Assembly: GCA_040879435.1 (NCBI GenBank)
Contig: JBBDKG010000010.1
Span: 2,019-66,018, forward strand
Source: Minisyncoccota bacterium
Lineage (GTDB): Bacteria; Patescibacteriota; Minisyncoccia; Phycocordibacterales; UBA918
Direction of reading: 5' to 3'
DNA: 64,000 nt
Shown piece after piece: positions 11,162 to 20,855 of the stretch. Within the stretch, counting starts at the first letter, position 1, and each line of letters begins with the position of its first letter. The notes under the pieces are model-generated. The model made no database searches and was not told the origin of the DNA. It worked only from the letters and a program-made list of their open reading frames with translations. The position numbers and the translations under genes were made by a program.

Positions 11162-12184
11162 CTATACACGAAGTCTCGTCTTCTTGAATTGAGTGGGGCG
11201 GAAATATGCATTGTATAGACGTGCATACAATCGCTTCGGTGTTGCCGGCAACTGGTCAAGCAGTCTGCATAGTGTTGAACAGTATCCCTGCTTCCCCGCT
11301 ACACAACCATCACATCCAAGATACAACACATGACACACCTGATTCTTGCAGTGATAGTGAGTGTCACTCTTTTCAGTATTGCACAAATGACAGGTCGATA
11401 TGACCTCCTCTCCAATACGCTCTCCTAATCGTTCATCGAACACGAAGTTCTTGCCGCGGAACCGGTTCGGTAATCCTTTTGCCTTCACCTGGTGGGCATA
11501 GTCGATGATGCCACCTTTCAGATGCCGGACGTTTGTGAAGCCATTGTGCTTAAGCCACGCACTCGCCTTCTCGCAACGAATGCCGCCTGTGCAATACAGC
11601 GCAATCTTCTTGTTCTTATGTACCCGGAGTAGCGCTGGGACAACTGCAAGTTCCTCACGAAAGGTCTCGACCTCTGGCGTGATCGCATTCTCAAAGTGAC
11701 CGATCTCGCTCTCGTATGCATTTCGCATATCGACCACGACAGCATCCGGGTCGTCAATATATTCGTTCATCTCCTCCGCAGACAAGTACTCGCCGGTGTT
11801 GGTAACATCGAATGAGGTGTCGTTCAGACCGTCAGCTACGATCTTCTCCCTCGTCTTGATTGATAGTTTATAGAACGAAGGTACATCACCTTCCTCGACC
11901 GCTATCTTGAACGGAACGTCAGAAAAGAGTTCATGCGATCTCATGTATGCCTCAAACTCCCCAAAGTGCGCGGTCGGTACGCTCATCTGGGCATTGATGC
12001 CTTCATGCGCCAGATAGATACGTCCCAAACAACCTAGTGCGCTCCACACACTGAACAATTCATTACAAAGCGCCTCTGGATCATCGATCCGGACATATTT
12101 ATAGAACGAGAGCGTCGTACGAGGAACTGAAGCCGTTGCAACGGCTCTTTTTCGCTCCTTTCGTGGGCGCAGGTCAGAATGCAT
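11162..12184 (-). CDS. trhO: Rhodanese-domain tRNA uridine(34) hydroxylase (YceA/TrhO family)
   Basis: SFYKY, GRIYLAHEGINAQ, DMRNAYESEIGHF, YCTGGIRCEKA, GKNFVFDER. Confidence 0.9.
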   Translation of the reverse strand: MHSDLRPRKERKRAVATASVPRTTLSFYKYVRIDDPEALCNELFSVWSALGCLGRIYLAHEGINAQMSVPTAHFGEFEAYMRSHELFSDVPFKIAVEEGDVPSFYKLSIKTREKIVADGLNDTSFDVTNTGEYLSAEEMNEYIDDPDAVVVDMRNAYESEIGHFENAITPEVETFREELAVVPALLRVHKNKKIALYCTGGIRCEKASAWLKHNGFTNVRHLKGGIIDYAHQVKAKGLPNRFRGKNFVFDERLGERIGEEVISTCHLCNTEKSDTHYHCKNQVCHVLYLGCDGCVAGKQGYCSTLCRLLDQLPATPKRLYARLYNAYFRPTQFKKTRLRV

Positions 12185-12242
12185 ACGGCCAGTATAGCCT
12201 TGTTTCAAGCCTTATTCAATGGTGTGCAGTCCTCCGGATTCA

Positions 12243-12271
12243 TTGACTTTTACCTATATTTGTGATATGAT
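12243..12271 (+). promoter_or_regulatory. Sigma70-type promoter
   Basis: TTGACT-17 nt-TATGAT with extended TG. Confidence 0.7.
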
Positions 12272-12375
12272 GTATTTAGAGTAGCGCGCTGCGTCTTCTC
12301 TCTCCATCAGTACGCTGGTGGTGTGAAAAAACGCAGCCCCGCTGCACAATGCAACTTGAAAAAAGGAACGAGACG

Positions 12376-13098
12376 ATGAAACTCAGTGATCTTTGGAACT
12401 ACGGAGCATCAGCTGGTCAGCTGTTCAGCAATGTTCACTCAGCAGGTGCTCTGTTCAACGCCGTACTGGGCAAGGATGTTCCTGAGGATGCATCAGCCAC
12501 CGTCAAAGGTGTGAAGGGTATCATCGGCAGGGGCGACGAACGTGCCTTCGAGATACTGCTCACTCAAGCCACAGGACAGCGGCCGAACGCTCGCGAAATC
12601 GTTGCGGGATACCGCGCCTGGGCGCGCCTCAAGGGGGACAGCATCGAGGTCAGGGTTGCGAATGCCTGGTACGAGACGGCATTTCGGAACCACTTCTTGA
12701 ATATGGGTGCGGGCAAGGGCTCAAAGATCGGTACCGAGACCGAGACCGAGACCGAGACCGACCCCGTTACCAAGAAGAAGACCGTAAAGGTCAAGCAACT
12801 CGACATCTACGGCCCGGCTTCGAACTCGAGCCTCACCGAGCTGGTGGTCTTTATCGACATGATCGAGGCCGCCAACACCCTTGAAGAAGGGTACAAAAAC
12901 GTGGTGCGGCTTACGGGCATTCCTACCCCGCCGGCGAATGCGGTGAAATTTTACCGCAAACTGAAACGAACATTCCAGGGAGAGTGGGAAACCCTCGAGG
13001 AGCTCGATGCCTGGCTCAAGCAACAGATCGACGAGCGCAAAGCCAACAGAGGCACGCTCCGTACGACCTACGACAAAATCTTCTCTTCTGAAAGGTAA
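12376..13098 (+). CDS. Hypothetical protein
   Basis: Long ORF with AAAGGA SD before MKLSD; no recognised motif. Confidence 0.7.
   Translation: MKLSDLWNYGASAGQLFSNVHSAGALFNAVLGKDVPEDASATVKGVKGIIGRGDERAFEILLTQATGQRPNAREIVAGYRAWARLKGDSIEVRVANAWYETAFRNHFLNMGAGKGSKIGTETETETETDPVTKKKTVKVKQLDIYGPASNSSLTELVVFIDMIEAANTLEEGYKNVVRLTGIPTPPANAVKFYRKLKRTFQGEWETLEELDAWLKQQIDERKANRGTLRTTYDKIFSSER
12733..12760 (+). repeat. In-frame hexanucleotide microsatellite (ACCGAG)x4+ encoding TETETETET
   Basis: accgagaccgagaccgagaccgagaccg. Confidence 0.9.
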
Positions 13099-13103
13099 CA
13101 GCG

Positions 13104-13982
13104 ATGATACGGAGTGCAACACGTTACGCACGCATGAGGGCAGAAGACCTGCACTTTGCGTTCACCGTCACACTGCTGGCGAGCTTCTTTGCGGTCTTCT
13201 GCATGTGGCTCGTCAATATCGCCGGCGCACCGGGACTAAATTTGTTCTTTCTCTTCGTCGGCGCCATCCTCTTCGTCATACTCTTCACCCGAGTGGAATT
13301 CTTCTTCGCTGCCCTTGGACTCGGAGCTGTGGTGCAGGGTTTGAGAAACGAGGATATCACCCAAGGGTCAATCCTGGGTGTGAGCACGCTCTTCAAGGTG
13401 ATGTTCGGCGCCGTGTTCTATTTCACGTTCGCCGCACTCATCCTCTCTGTCGTACCGTTCTCCGGAGCTCCAGGAGCTTTCTGGGGCATCGCCGCTGTTC
13501 TCGTCGTCGTATCGTCATTTGCGGCGTATGTCGGTGGCAGTGATGGAAAATGGCTCAAGGCGATAGTGACCGTCGCGGCAGGCGCCATCTTCCTTACCTT
13601 CGTGTGGCAAATATTCGCCCCTGACGGCGTCAAACGCTATATGGGCAGCACGGTCAATGCTATCGACCGTGATGCTGACCGCCGTGCGACGGAGATCGAC
13701 CGAGGGTACACGGTCTTTGCAGCATATGCAATCACCGTACCCGCAGGAGGGTACTCCGAAGAACTTTCCAACCAAACAGGACGGTGTCTCATTCGCCGGC
13801 CAGCAGGTTCTAGGACGGGAAACCTTCCTCCTGCATGGGCACTGTACAAAGGCGCCCACGACTTCGTGCCGTACATCCCCGGCAAACCGTGGACAAAGCT
13901 CGTCTACGATGGACATGGCTTGCCAAAGTCATTCACCATCGAGGTGCAAGAGCGCCTCGCAGGGCAATGCGGCTCTTGGTAA
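13104..13982 (+). CDS. Hypothetical multi-pass membrane protein with soluble C-terminal domain
   Basis: About six hydrophobic segments, then a hydrophilic tail; co-oriented with the upstream ORF. Confidence 0.75.
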   Translation: MIRSATRYARMRAEDLHFAFTVTLLASFFAVFCMWLVNIAGAPGLNLFFLFVGAILFVILFTRVEFFFAALGLGAVVQGLRNEDITQGSILGVSTLFKVMFGAVFYFTFAALILSVVPFSGAPGAFWGIAAVLVVVSSFAAYVGGSDGKWLKAIVTVAAGAIFLTFVWQIFAPDGVKRYMGSTVNAIDRDADRRATEIDRGYTVFAAYAITVPAGGYSEELSNQTGRCLIRRPAGSRTGNLPPAWALYKGAHDFVPYIPGKPWTKLVYDGHGLPKSFTIEVQERLAGQCGSW

Positions 13983-14007
13983 CAAGACCTCGCATACGCC
14001 AACTCAC

Positions 14008-14043
14008 AGCCGTTCGGGTTTTCCCGGACGGCTTTTCTTTTTT
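14008..14043 (+). terminator. Intrinsic terminator
   Basis: agccgttcggg / cccggacggct followed by a T-run. Confidence 0.75.
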
Positions 14044-14047
14044 CGTA

Positions 14048-14353
14048 CTAATACGGCACGTCAATCCCAAACGTATTCGCCGCGACCCAGAGGATGCTGA
14101 ACGCAGAAAGCATCACGAGCATACCGATCACACCGAACATAAGATGCTTGCTTCCTTCCGTCCGCTTCTGAGGGTTGTTCGCACCCAGCACGTACTGGAA
14201 CGCTCCATAAAGGAACACGAGAAGCGCGACCGCCATCATGAACGTGATGAGCGGAAAAAGAATGACCTCGTTGAGTCGGTCCATAAACGACTGCGCGATC
14301 GCTGCTGCTTCTTGGGCGTGTACAACCATAATGATGAGAGACTGACCCCTCAC
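14048..14353 (-). CDS. VirB2/TrbC-like (CPR-type) pilin
   Basis: Two TM helices, FLYGAFQY...EGSKHLMFGVIG pattern. Confidence 0.75.
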   Translation of the reverse strand: MRGQSLIIMVVHAQEAAAIAQSFMDRLNEVILFPLITFMMAVALLVFLYGAFQYVLGANNPQKRTEGSKHLMFGVIGMLVMLSAFSILWVAANTFGIDVPY

Positions 14354-14393
14354 CGCAACGAGTGCGCTACGGTGAATCCGTCAACCACCGATG

Positions 14394-14780
14394 CTAGTTG
14401 TTTGTAGTTGGTGCGTTCGGGATGCTCTGGATATCCTGATCGTCACTGAATCCAAGACCATTGGCGATAAGGTTCACGATACCGAAAATCGAGACCATGA
14501 GTACAAATCCAATGACCGAATACAGCATGAGTTGCGTACCCTCTTTCCGGTTCTCCGGGTCACCGCCACCCAAAATGAAGTACTTGAAGACACCGTAGAG
14601 AAATACGAGCAGTGCTATCGCGAAGACGAGCGGGATGAGGATGTTATTGATAAAGTTGGTAATGTTGCTGAAGAATTCATTGACACCACCAAATTGTGCG
14701 AGTGCGATCGCAGGCACGAGCATGAACGTTGCTGCAAACGCCGTGATCTGAACGCTCATTTTTTTCATAGGTTCCTTCAT
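14394..14780 (-). CDS. VirB2/TrbC-like (CPR-type) pilin
   Basis: Signal peptide ALAQ, FLYGVFKY...EGTQLMLYSVIG. Confidence 0.8.
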   Translation of the reverse strand: MKEPMKKMSVQITAFAATFMLVPAIALAQFGGVNEFFSNITNFINNILIPLVFAIALLVFLYGVFKYFILGGGDPENRKEGTQLMLYSVIGFVLMVSIFGIVNLIANGLGFSDDQDIQSIPNAPTTNN

Positions 14781-14883
14781 TTACGTACTAAATATCGCTG
14801 CTAAACCGAGCTATACAGTAATAGTAGCGTGAAAACGGCCAAAAATCGAATGGTGCTTGTCGAATGTGTGAATAGCGGGACAC

Positions 14884-15141
14884 TTAGACCCCGAACAACG
14901 AGTACCGCAATATCGAGAGAATGCCCCAGATACCGGACATAATAACGAGTGCAATGATTCCAATGAGTGCCGTCTGCTTCCCCTCCGCGATCTTGGTCGG
15001 CTCACCCGGATTGAATATCCACGCATCAACGATCTTCCAGATGATCACCACGAGTGTGAGTGAGAATATGATCGGGATCACGAGCGAGATGAGATAGATA
15101 AGATCACCGACCAGTTCTGAGAAATTCTGAGGTCCGTACAT
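14884..15141 (-). CDS. VirB2/TrbC-like (CPR-type) pilin
   Basis: Two TM helices, EGKQTALIGIIAL pattern; start uncertain. Confidence 0.7.
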   Translation of the reverse strand: MYGPQNFSELVGDLIYLISLVIPIIFSLTLVVIIWKIVDAWIFNPGEPTKIAEGKQTALIGIIALVIMSGIWGILSILRYSLFGV

Positions 15142-15152
15142 ATATTTCTTGG

Positions 15153-15575
15153 TTACCCGAGCGCATTAATGGTGCCGCTGATAACGTAGAGAAGTAGCTG
15201 AGCTCCCAGAATGAGTACGCCACCTACAACCGCGAAGAGGAGCGCCCTGTTCGCTGTCGATATCTCTTCCGGCTTCCCCTGCGCCATCACATATTTAAAA
15301 CCGGCGTAGATGATGAAGAACACGATGATCGGCACCGCAAAGACCATGATGACGTCGAGGATGTCCTGAAAGAAGCCAAGGAGTGTCTGGTCACCGAGGG
15401 GGTTCTGAAGTTGAACTCCTTCTCCCCCAGTATATCTACCTCCACCGGTACCATCTTCTCCTTGCACATCACCTGTACCATCTTCTCCTTGTTGTGCAAG
15501 GAGTACGCCAGGAAGAGAGGCGAGGAAAAGGATCGAAGCAAGATAGAGATGACTGCAAAATTTTTTCATACTCAA
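15153..15575 (-). CDS. VirB2/TrbC-like (CPR-type) pilin
   Basis: LQNPLG, IIYAGFKYVMAQG...A.RALLFAVVG. Confidence 0.8.
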   Translation of the reverse strand: MSMKKFCSHLYLASILFLASLPGVLLAQQGEDGTGDVQGEDGTGGGRYTGGEGVQLQNPLGDQTLLGFFQDILDVIMVFAVPIIVFFIIYAGFKYVMAQGKPEEISTANRALLFAVVGGVLILGAQLLLYVISGTINALG

Positions 15576-16879
15576 AATGCTAATTCTAATCGACGGACAG
15601 CATCTGATATCGCACCGGCAACCTTTTTGCGACTCGATACAACATCCTCGACCATTTGCTTGAACACACCGCCACTTGCCTCAGGGTCCGGATCGAGCCA
15701 GCCGCGCGCGATGAGTGCACTCTGATACACGATCTGCTGGTGTGCGTCACCACTCCCCGCAGCGATACCATCACGTGTTGCCGGTGCAAGTCCTAGCTCT
15801 ACCGCGATCGGTGTAGCAACCTCACTTTGTACGAGTGTCTGGACCGCTGCGTAGCTTCCCTGTGGGTTCCTCGACGCGCGAGTGATTGCTATGCCGTAAA
15901 AGGTACCGTAGACACGCTTCACCGTCGCCGACGCACCTTGCGGGACCACAGCGGCATCGAAGTTAAGGTTTGGATTCTGATCAGCGATACTGGTGCGCTC
16001 GCTGCCGTATCCGAAGTAGATGGCAAGCTTCCCACCCACGAACGCGAGTCTGTCATTGTCCATCGACCCGTTCCAGGTATAGAGCGAACTGTTCGCGTTA
16101 CTAAAGTCAGTATAGAACTGGAGTGCGGCATTCATCGGCGGTCGTCCGCCATCGGTCGCCGGCTTATCAAGCACTACGCGATACCCGCGCTCCTCCTCGG
16201 TCACCAGACGGCTTCCCGACTGCATTGCAAGTGTGAGGAGCATCGGCTTGGCGTTGGTGATGTTCGCATACTCACCGAATGCAACGGCGGCCTGTACGAT
16301 GTTGCGGAACCCGTCACGCTCGGCGATCTGCGGCACCACCGACCCGACCAATGTTTCCCATGAAGCAGGAGGTTGTGAGAGGCCATTCGTGCTGAAGAGA
16401 TCGCGATTCCAATACATGACGACCGGGTCGACCGCAAACGGGAAGGCGTAGATGCCGTCCAGTCGTGCAAAGATCTCGCCACCGTCGATGAACCGGTCGC
16501 GGAAAGTACGGTCAGGATACGAATCATACGGCACCGGCAGCAGTTTCGGTCGGAACGACACGAACTCCTCGTGCGGGAAGATCACCACGTCAGGTCCCCG
16601 ATTCTCCGCGAGGGCATTGGTGAACTCCTCGGCAAACGTTCTGCTATCCTTCTCCACATACTCAACGACACGAAAGCCCTCAACATCATTTGCAATCCGC
16701 TGAAGCGCAGACTCCATGGAACCGGCACTGAATGTCCCCCACACAATCACACGCTCCCCGTATACATTCTCCTCGCTGCCCATAAATCCCTCAAAACTCG
16801 CAAGCAGGATCACACTCACAACGCCCATAATGGCGAAGAGGGCGAGGAGTGCTATCTGAAATGGTCGAATGTTCTGCAT
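15572..16879 (-). CDS. Extracellular solute-binding protein (sugar SBP family 1-like)
   Basis: GPDV, YAFPFAVDPVVMYWNRDLF, FVGGKLAI, N-terminal anchor. Confidence 0.8.
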   Translation of the reverse strand: MQNIRPFQIALLALFAIMGVVSVILLASFEGFMGSEENVYGERVIVWGTFSAGSMESALQRIANDVEGFRVVEYVEKDSRTFAEEFTNALAENRGPDVVIFPHEEFVSFRPKLLPVPYDSYPDRTFRDRFIDGGEIFARLDGIYAFPFAVDPVVMYWNRDLFSTNGLSQPPASWETLVGSVVPQIAERDGFRNIVQAAVAFGEYANITNAKPMLLTLAMQSGSRLVTEEERGYRVVLDKPATDGGRPPMNAALQFYTDFSNANSSLYTWNGSMDNDRLAFVGGKLAIYFGYGSERTSIADQNPNLNFDAAVVPQGASATVKRVYGTFYGIAITRASRNPQGSYAAVQTLVQSEVATPIAVELGLAPATRDGIAAGSGDAHQQIVYQSALIARGWLDPDPEASGGVFKQMVEDVVSSRKKVAGAISDAVRRLELAF

Positions 16880-16890
16880 ATAACAATAGG

Positions 16891-17442
16891 CTACGGTTTG
16901 CGGAAGGCCAGTCCGTAGTGATGGTCACCTGCATCGAACGAGCGTTCGAACAATAGACCATGCGACTCAGCCAGTGATTTGACGGCATCGGCCGTGATCA
17001 CCTGCTCTGGATGAGGACCGAGACCGCCGAATGACTCAGACCAATCGATAACAAAAAGCTTTCCGCCACGCCGGAGTGTACGGACCATCTCAACGAATGC
17101 GGCGTCCTTTTGCTCCATTTGAAAGAGTGAGTTCACCACCACCCCCGCATCGAGCGCGCCATCCCGCAGCTTGGTACCGGCCGGCGCCTCGATATCACAC
17201 CACAACACCTGCACGTTGCCGATGTTCTTGCTCCGCAACAACTGGCCGATCGATTCAGTGAGCGTACGCTGGATCTCGCACGCATACACTTTTCCGTCAG
17301 TACCCACCAGACGGGAAAGGGACGGAAGGAAAAAACCGGTGCCGGCACCGAAATCAGCGACCACTTCACCCTTCCGGAGATGGAAGTGTGTCACCACGAC
17401 CTCAGGAATGACGAATCTGCCTTGTGTCGCACTTGTACTCAT
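16891..17442 (-). CDS. Class I SAM-dependent methyltransferase
   Basis: VADFGAGTG motif I, LRRGGKLFVIDW. Confidence 0.88.
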   Translation of the reverse strand: MSTSATQGRFVIPEVVVTHFHLRKGEVVADFGAGTGFFLPSLSRLVGTDGKVYACEIQRTLTESIGQLLRSKNIGNVQVLWCDIEAPAGTKLRDGALDAGVVVNSLFQMEQKDAAFVEMVRTLRRGGKLFVIDWSESFGGLGPHPEQVITADAVKSLAESHGLLFERSFDAGDHHYGLAFRKP

Positions 17443-17507
17443 GATTCTAGTATACCCTACACCACCACCAGAATGACCCTCCCCTCTGTTTATTATCTAT
17501 CCCGTCT

Positions 17508-17840
17508 TCAGTCATTGCGAGACGGCACGTTCGGTGTAGGGAGAATACTACGCTGCTGGTTGACCTCAGCACCGAATTCAGCATCGCCAAAATATTCCTC
17601 ATTCGTCTCGTCCCAGCCGCGGGTCATCAGCATGCCCAGGAAGGCGAGTGCGAGGTAGAGGAAAATAGCGATGCCAAAGAAGAATACAGCCCGCACTATG
17701 TTCGGCTGCCCGAGATCCGGTCGATCGAGCATGAACGAATTAACGATCCCGAAGAGAAAAAAGATCGCACCGATAGCGAACATGCCCGGGACAAGATAAT
17801 CCTGGAGAAAGAGAACTACCGAAAGTATGCCACCTGTCAT
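17508..17840 (-). CDS. Small membrane protein, pilin-like
   Basis: Two TM helices, FFLFGIVNSF; the PTPNVP tail resembles the tail of the 14394 pilin. Confidence 0.6.
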   Translation of the reverse strand: MTGGILSVVLFLQDYLVPGMFAIGAIFFLFGIVNSFMLDRPDLGQPNIVRAVFFFGIAIFLYLALAFLGMLMTRGWDETNEEYFGDAEFGAEVNQQRSILPTPNVPSRND

Positions 17841-17904
17841 ATACGCTCAGTATATGATGAAGACGGCGCGCACAAAAGCGCCGTAGCGGAATAACATAAT
17901 TAGC

Positions 17905-20379
17905 TTAGAAGCAGACGATGGATGCAATGACATCCCCCTCTCGCAACTTCATGATCCTCACTCCCTGTGTATCGCGCCCGAGTGTCGGCACGTCAGCAAG
18001 CGGCATCTTGATCACCTGCCCTTTTTGGCTCATGACCACGAGTTCACCAGCTTCCTTGTCATCATGTGAGAGTACGGACCCGCCGATGACCGCACCGGTC
18101 TTCGTTGTGATACGTGCTGTCTTGATACCGCTCCCACCACGCTTCTGAACCTTATACTCCTTTGCAGGTGTGGTCTTGCCGTATCCGTTCCCCATCACCA
18201 CCAGTATCTCCTGATTCTTGCTTCCGCTCGTGATAATGTCGGCGGCAACGATGTAGTCATCCTTCTTCAGTTTCATCGCGGTCACACCAGCTGCTGTGCG
18301 GCCCATCTGGCGTACATCGCTTTCCTTGAAGCGGATCTGCTGACCCTTGTGTGTGATGAGCGATACCTCGTCACCCTTGCCGGCGAACTGCGCAGCGATC
18401 AGCGAGTCACCTTCGTGGAGCGAGATGGCGATGAGTCCGCTGCTGCGTACATCCTTGAACACAGATGCGTCAGACTTCTTCGCAACACCATTCTTGGTGA
18501 ACATCATCAATCCCCAGTCACCCTCCCACTCATTCTTCCGCACGGCGATCACTGATGTGACCAGCTCACCTGCCTGAAGCGCCAGGAAGTTCATGACCGA
18601 CTTGCCCTTTGTGGCGCGCCGTCCTTCTGGTATCTCATACATCTTGCACTGGTACACCTTGCCGGTATCCGTGAAGAAGAGGAGGTCGCTGTGTGTCGAT
18701 GTGGTGAGGAGTGTCGTCACCACATCCTCTTCCTTAGTATTCAAATCCACAACCCCAACGCCACCACGCTTCTGCGTACGGTACTCCGACGGATTCGTCC
18801 GCTTCACATATCCACCCTTGGTGAGCACGAGCACACTCTCCTCATCGGCCACGAGATCCTCAGCAGACAGGTTCTTGACCCCGCCTTTGACGATCTTCGT
18901 ACGACGGTCGTCACCGTACTTCTCAGCGACCGCAAGCAGGTCGTCCTTGATGATCTTCATCATCTTCGTCTTGCTCTTCAAGATCGACTCAAGTTCCTTG
19001 ATGAGCGCCTGCACCTCCTTGAGCTCGTCCTCGATCTTCTTCCGTTCGAGACCGGCAAGCTTCTGGAGCCGCATCTCGAGGATGGCGGTCGCCTGCAGCT
19101 CGGAGAACTTGAACTCCTTCATCAGAGCGGCGTGCGCGGTCGGCACATCCTTTGCCGCACGGATGATCTTGATGATCTTGTCGATATGGTCAAGCGCCTT
19201 CTTGAGACCAAGGAGAATGTGCTCCCGATCACGTGCTTTCTCAAGGTCGTATTCGGTACGGCGTCGGATCACCTCAGCACGGTGCTTCACGTACTCCTCG
19301 AGGATTGCTTTCAACGAAAGCGTCTGCGGCACGCCGTCGACGAGTGCCACCATGTTGTAGTGGAAGGTCTCTTCAAGCTGTGTGTGCTTGTATAGCTTAT
19401 TAAGGACCGTTTGTGGGTTCCCACCGCTTTTGAGCTCGATCACCAGACGGATATCGCTTGTCGACTCATCACGCATCTCCTTGATGCCCTCGATCTTCTT
19501 GTCGCGTACCAGATCGGCAATCTTCTCCTGCAGGTCAGCTTTGTTCACACGGAACGGGATCGAGGTGATGACGATCGCAAAATTGCCTTTTGCATCTTCA
19601 ACGATATCTGCCTCTCCACGCACAACAACACCACCCTTGCCGTTGGCGTAGGCGTGTGCAATATCCTTCTTATTGAACGCGACCGCGCCGAGTGGAAAGT
19701 CCGGTCCTTGTACGAACTCGAGGAGATCGTCCGTCGTGGCGTCAGGATTGTCGATAAGATGGGCGACGGCGTTGGCAACTTCACGAAGGTTGTGGGGAGG
19801 AATGTTCGTCGCCATACCAACGGCAATACCGAGCGTACCAAGAAGAAGCAGGTTCGGTACGGCCGCTGGCAATACTTCCGGTTCTTTCTTGGTGCCGTCG
19901 AAGTTTGGTCGCCAGTTGACGGTATCTTTTTCAAGATCGCGAAGCATCTCTTCGGCAAGCCGCGACATCTTTGCTTCAGTGTACCGGTATGCAGCTGCAC
20001 CGTCGCCGTCGACCGAACCGAAGTTACCCTGTCCGATGATCAAGGGGTAGCGGGTCGTGAACTGCTGCGCAAGCTTCACCATTGAGTCATAGACCGCAAC
20101 GTCGCCGTGCGGATGGAAGCTACCAAGCACGTCTCCGACCACCGTCGCCGACTTGCGGAACCGCGCGCTCGCGGTGAGACCATTCAAGCGCATGGAGTAC
20201 AGGATGCGGCGGTGGACCGGCTTCAGGCCATCGCGCACGTCAGGAAGCGCACGCTGCGTGATGACAGACATCGCGTAGTCAAGATACGCGGTCTTCATCT
20301 CCTCGCTGATGCTCTGCGTGATGATGCCGCGCTCAGGATCGATCGGCAATTCATCTGTTTTTACTGTCTTTTTCGGCAT
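17905..20379 (-). CDS. gyrA: DNA gyrase subunit A
   Basis: RALPDVRDGLKPVHRR, HPHGD, AAYRYTE, GyrA box QKRGGVG. Confidence 0.97.
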   Translation of the reverse strand: MPKKTVKTDELPIDPERGIITQSISEEMKTAYLDYAMSVITQRALPDVRDGLKPVHRRILYSMRLNGLTASARFRKSATVVGDVLGSFHPHGDVAVYDSMVKLAQQFTTRYPLIIGQGNFGSVDGDGAAAYRYTEAKMSRLAEEMLRDLEKDTVNWRPNFDGTKKEPEVLPAAVPNLLLLGTLGIAVGMATNIPPHNLREVANAVAHLIDNPDATTDDLLEFVQGPDFPLGAVAFNKKDIAHAYANGKGGVVVRGEADIVEDAKGNFAIVITSIPFRVNKADLQEKIADLVRDKKIEGIKEMRDESTSDIRLVIELKSGGNPQTVLNKLYKHTQLEETFHYNMVALVDGVPQTLSLKAILEEYVKHRAEVIRRRTEYDLEKARDREHILLGLKKALDHIDKIIKIIRAAKDVPTAHAALMKEFKFSELQATAILEMRLQKLAGLERKKIEDELKEVQALIKELESILKSKTKMMKIIKDDLLAVAEKYGDDRRTKIVKGGVKNLSAEDLVADEESVLVLTKGGYVKRTNPSEYRTQKRGGVGVVDLNTKEEDVVTTLLTTSTHSDLLFFTDTGKVYQCKMYEIPEGRRATKGKSVMNFLALQAGELVTSVIAVRKNEWEGDWGLMMFTKNGVAKKSDASVFKDVRSSGLIAISLHEGDSLIAAQFAGKGDEVSLITHKGQQIRFKESDVRQMGRTAAGVTAMKLKKDDYIVAADIITSGSKNQEILVVMGNGYGKTTPAKEYKVQKRGGSGIKTARITTKTGAVIGGSVLSHDDKEAGELVVMSQKGQVIKMPLADVPTLGRDTQGVRIMKLREGDVIASIVCF

Positions 20380-20431
20380 GTCACGCTTCTCTCTATGGTT
20401 TTAAAATATACAGGTATTATAACACAGAATC

Positions 20432-20824
20432 CTACTCCGTGCCTGTTTCTTCATGCTCCGAATCCGTCTGGATACGTACCGGGCGGGCAGTGTTGGTCGA
20501 AGAGGCGGAGCTGGTCGCTCGCGGTGTAAGTTCAAACGGTGTGGTCGTTGGAGTGCTCGTCGCACTGTTTGCCTCCTCCTCTGGAGTAGTGGTCCCCACC
20601 GCAGAGAAGATGTTCGCGAAGTTGTCCTTCGCGTCCCCGAGGAATTGTGAGAACGCTCCTGTGTATTCGTCGTCAACGGTCGAGTCCGTGTCCAGCGTGT
20701 CGGCAAGACGGTACTGGAGCGACACGCCCCATACGAGTGCGATGACACTGGTCGCACCGATCGCATACCAGAATGCGAACTGTTGTCGGACGTGCCTCGG
20801 CTTTTTACGGATACGGGAAAACAT
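20432..20824 (-). CDS. Hypothetical single-TM protein
   Basis: Basic N-terminus, one TM, S/T-rich tail. Confidence 0.7.
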   Translation of the reverse strand: MFSRIRKKPRHVRQQFAFWYAIGATSVIALVWGVSLQYRLADTLDTDSTVDDEYTGAFSQFLGDAKDNFANIFSAVGTTTPEEEANSATSTPTTTPFELTPRATSSASSTNTARPVRIQTDSEHEETGTE

Positions 20825-20855
20825 GACGAGATAACTACATATCGCGGCGCTGAAG

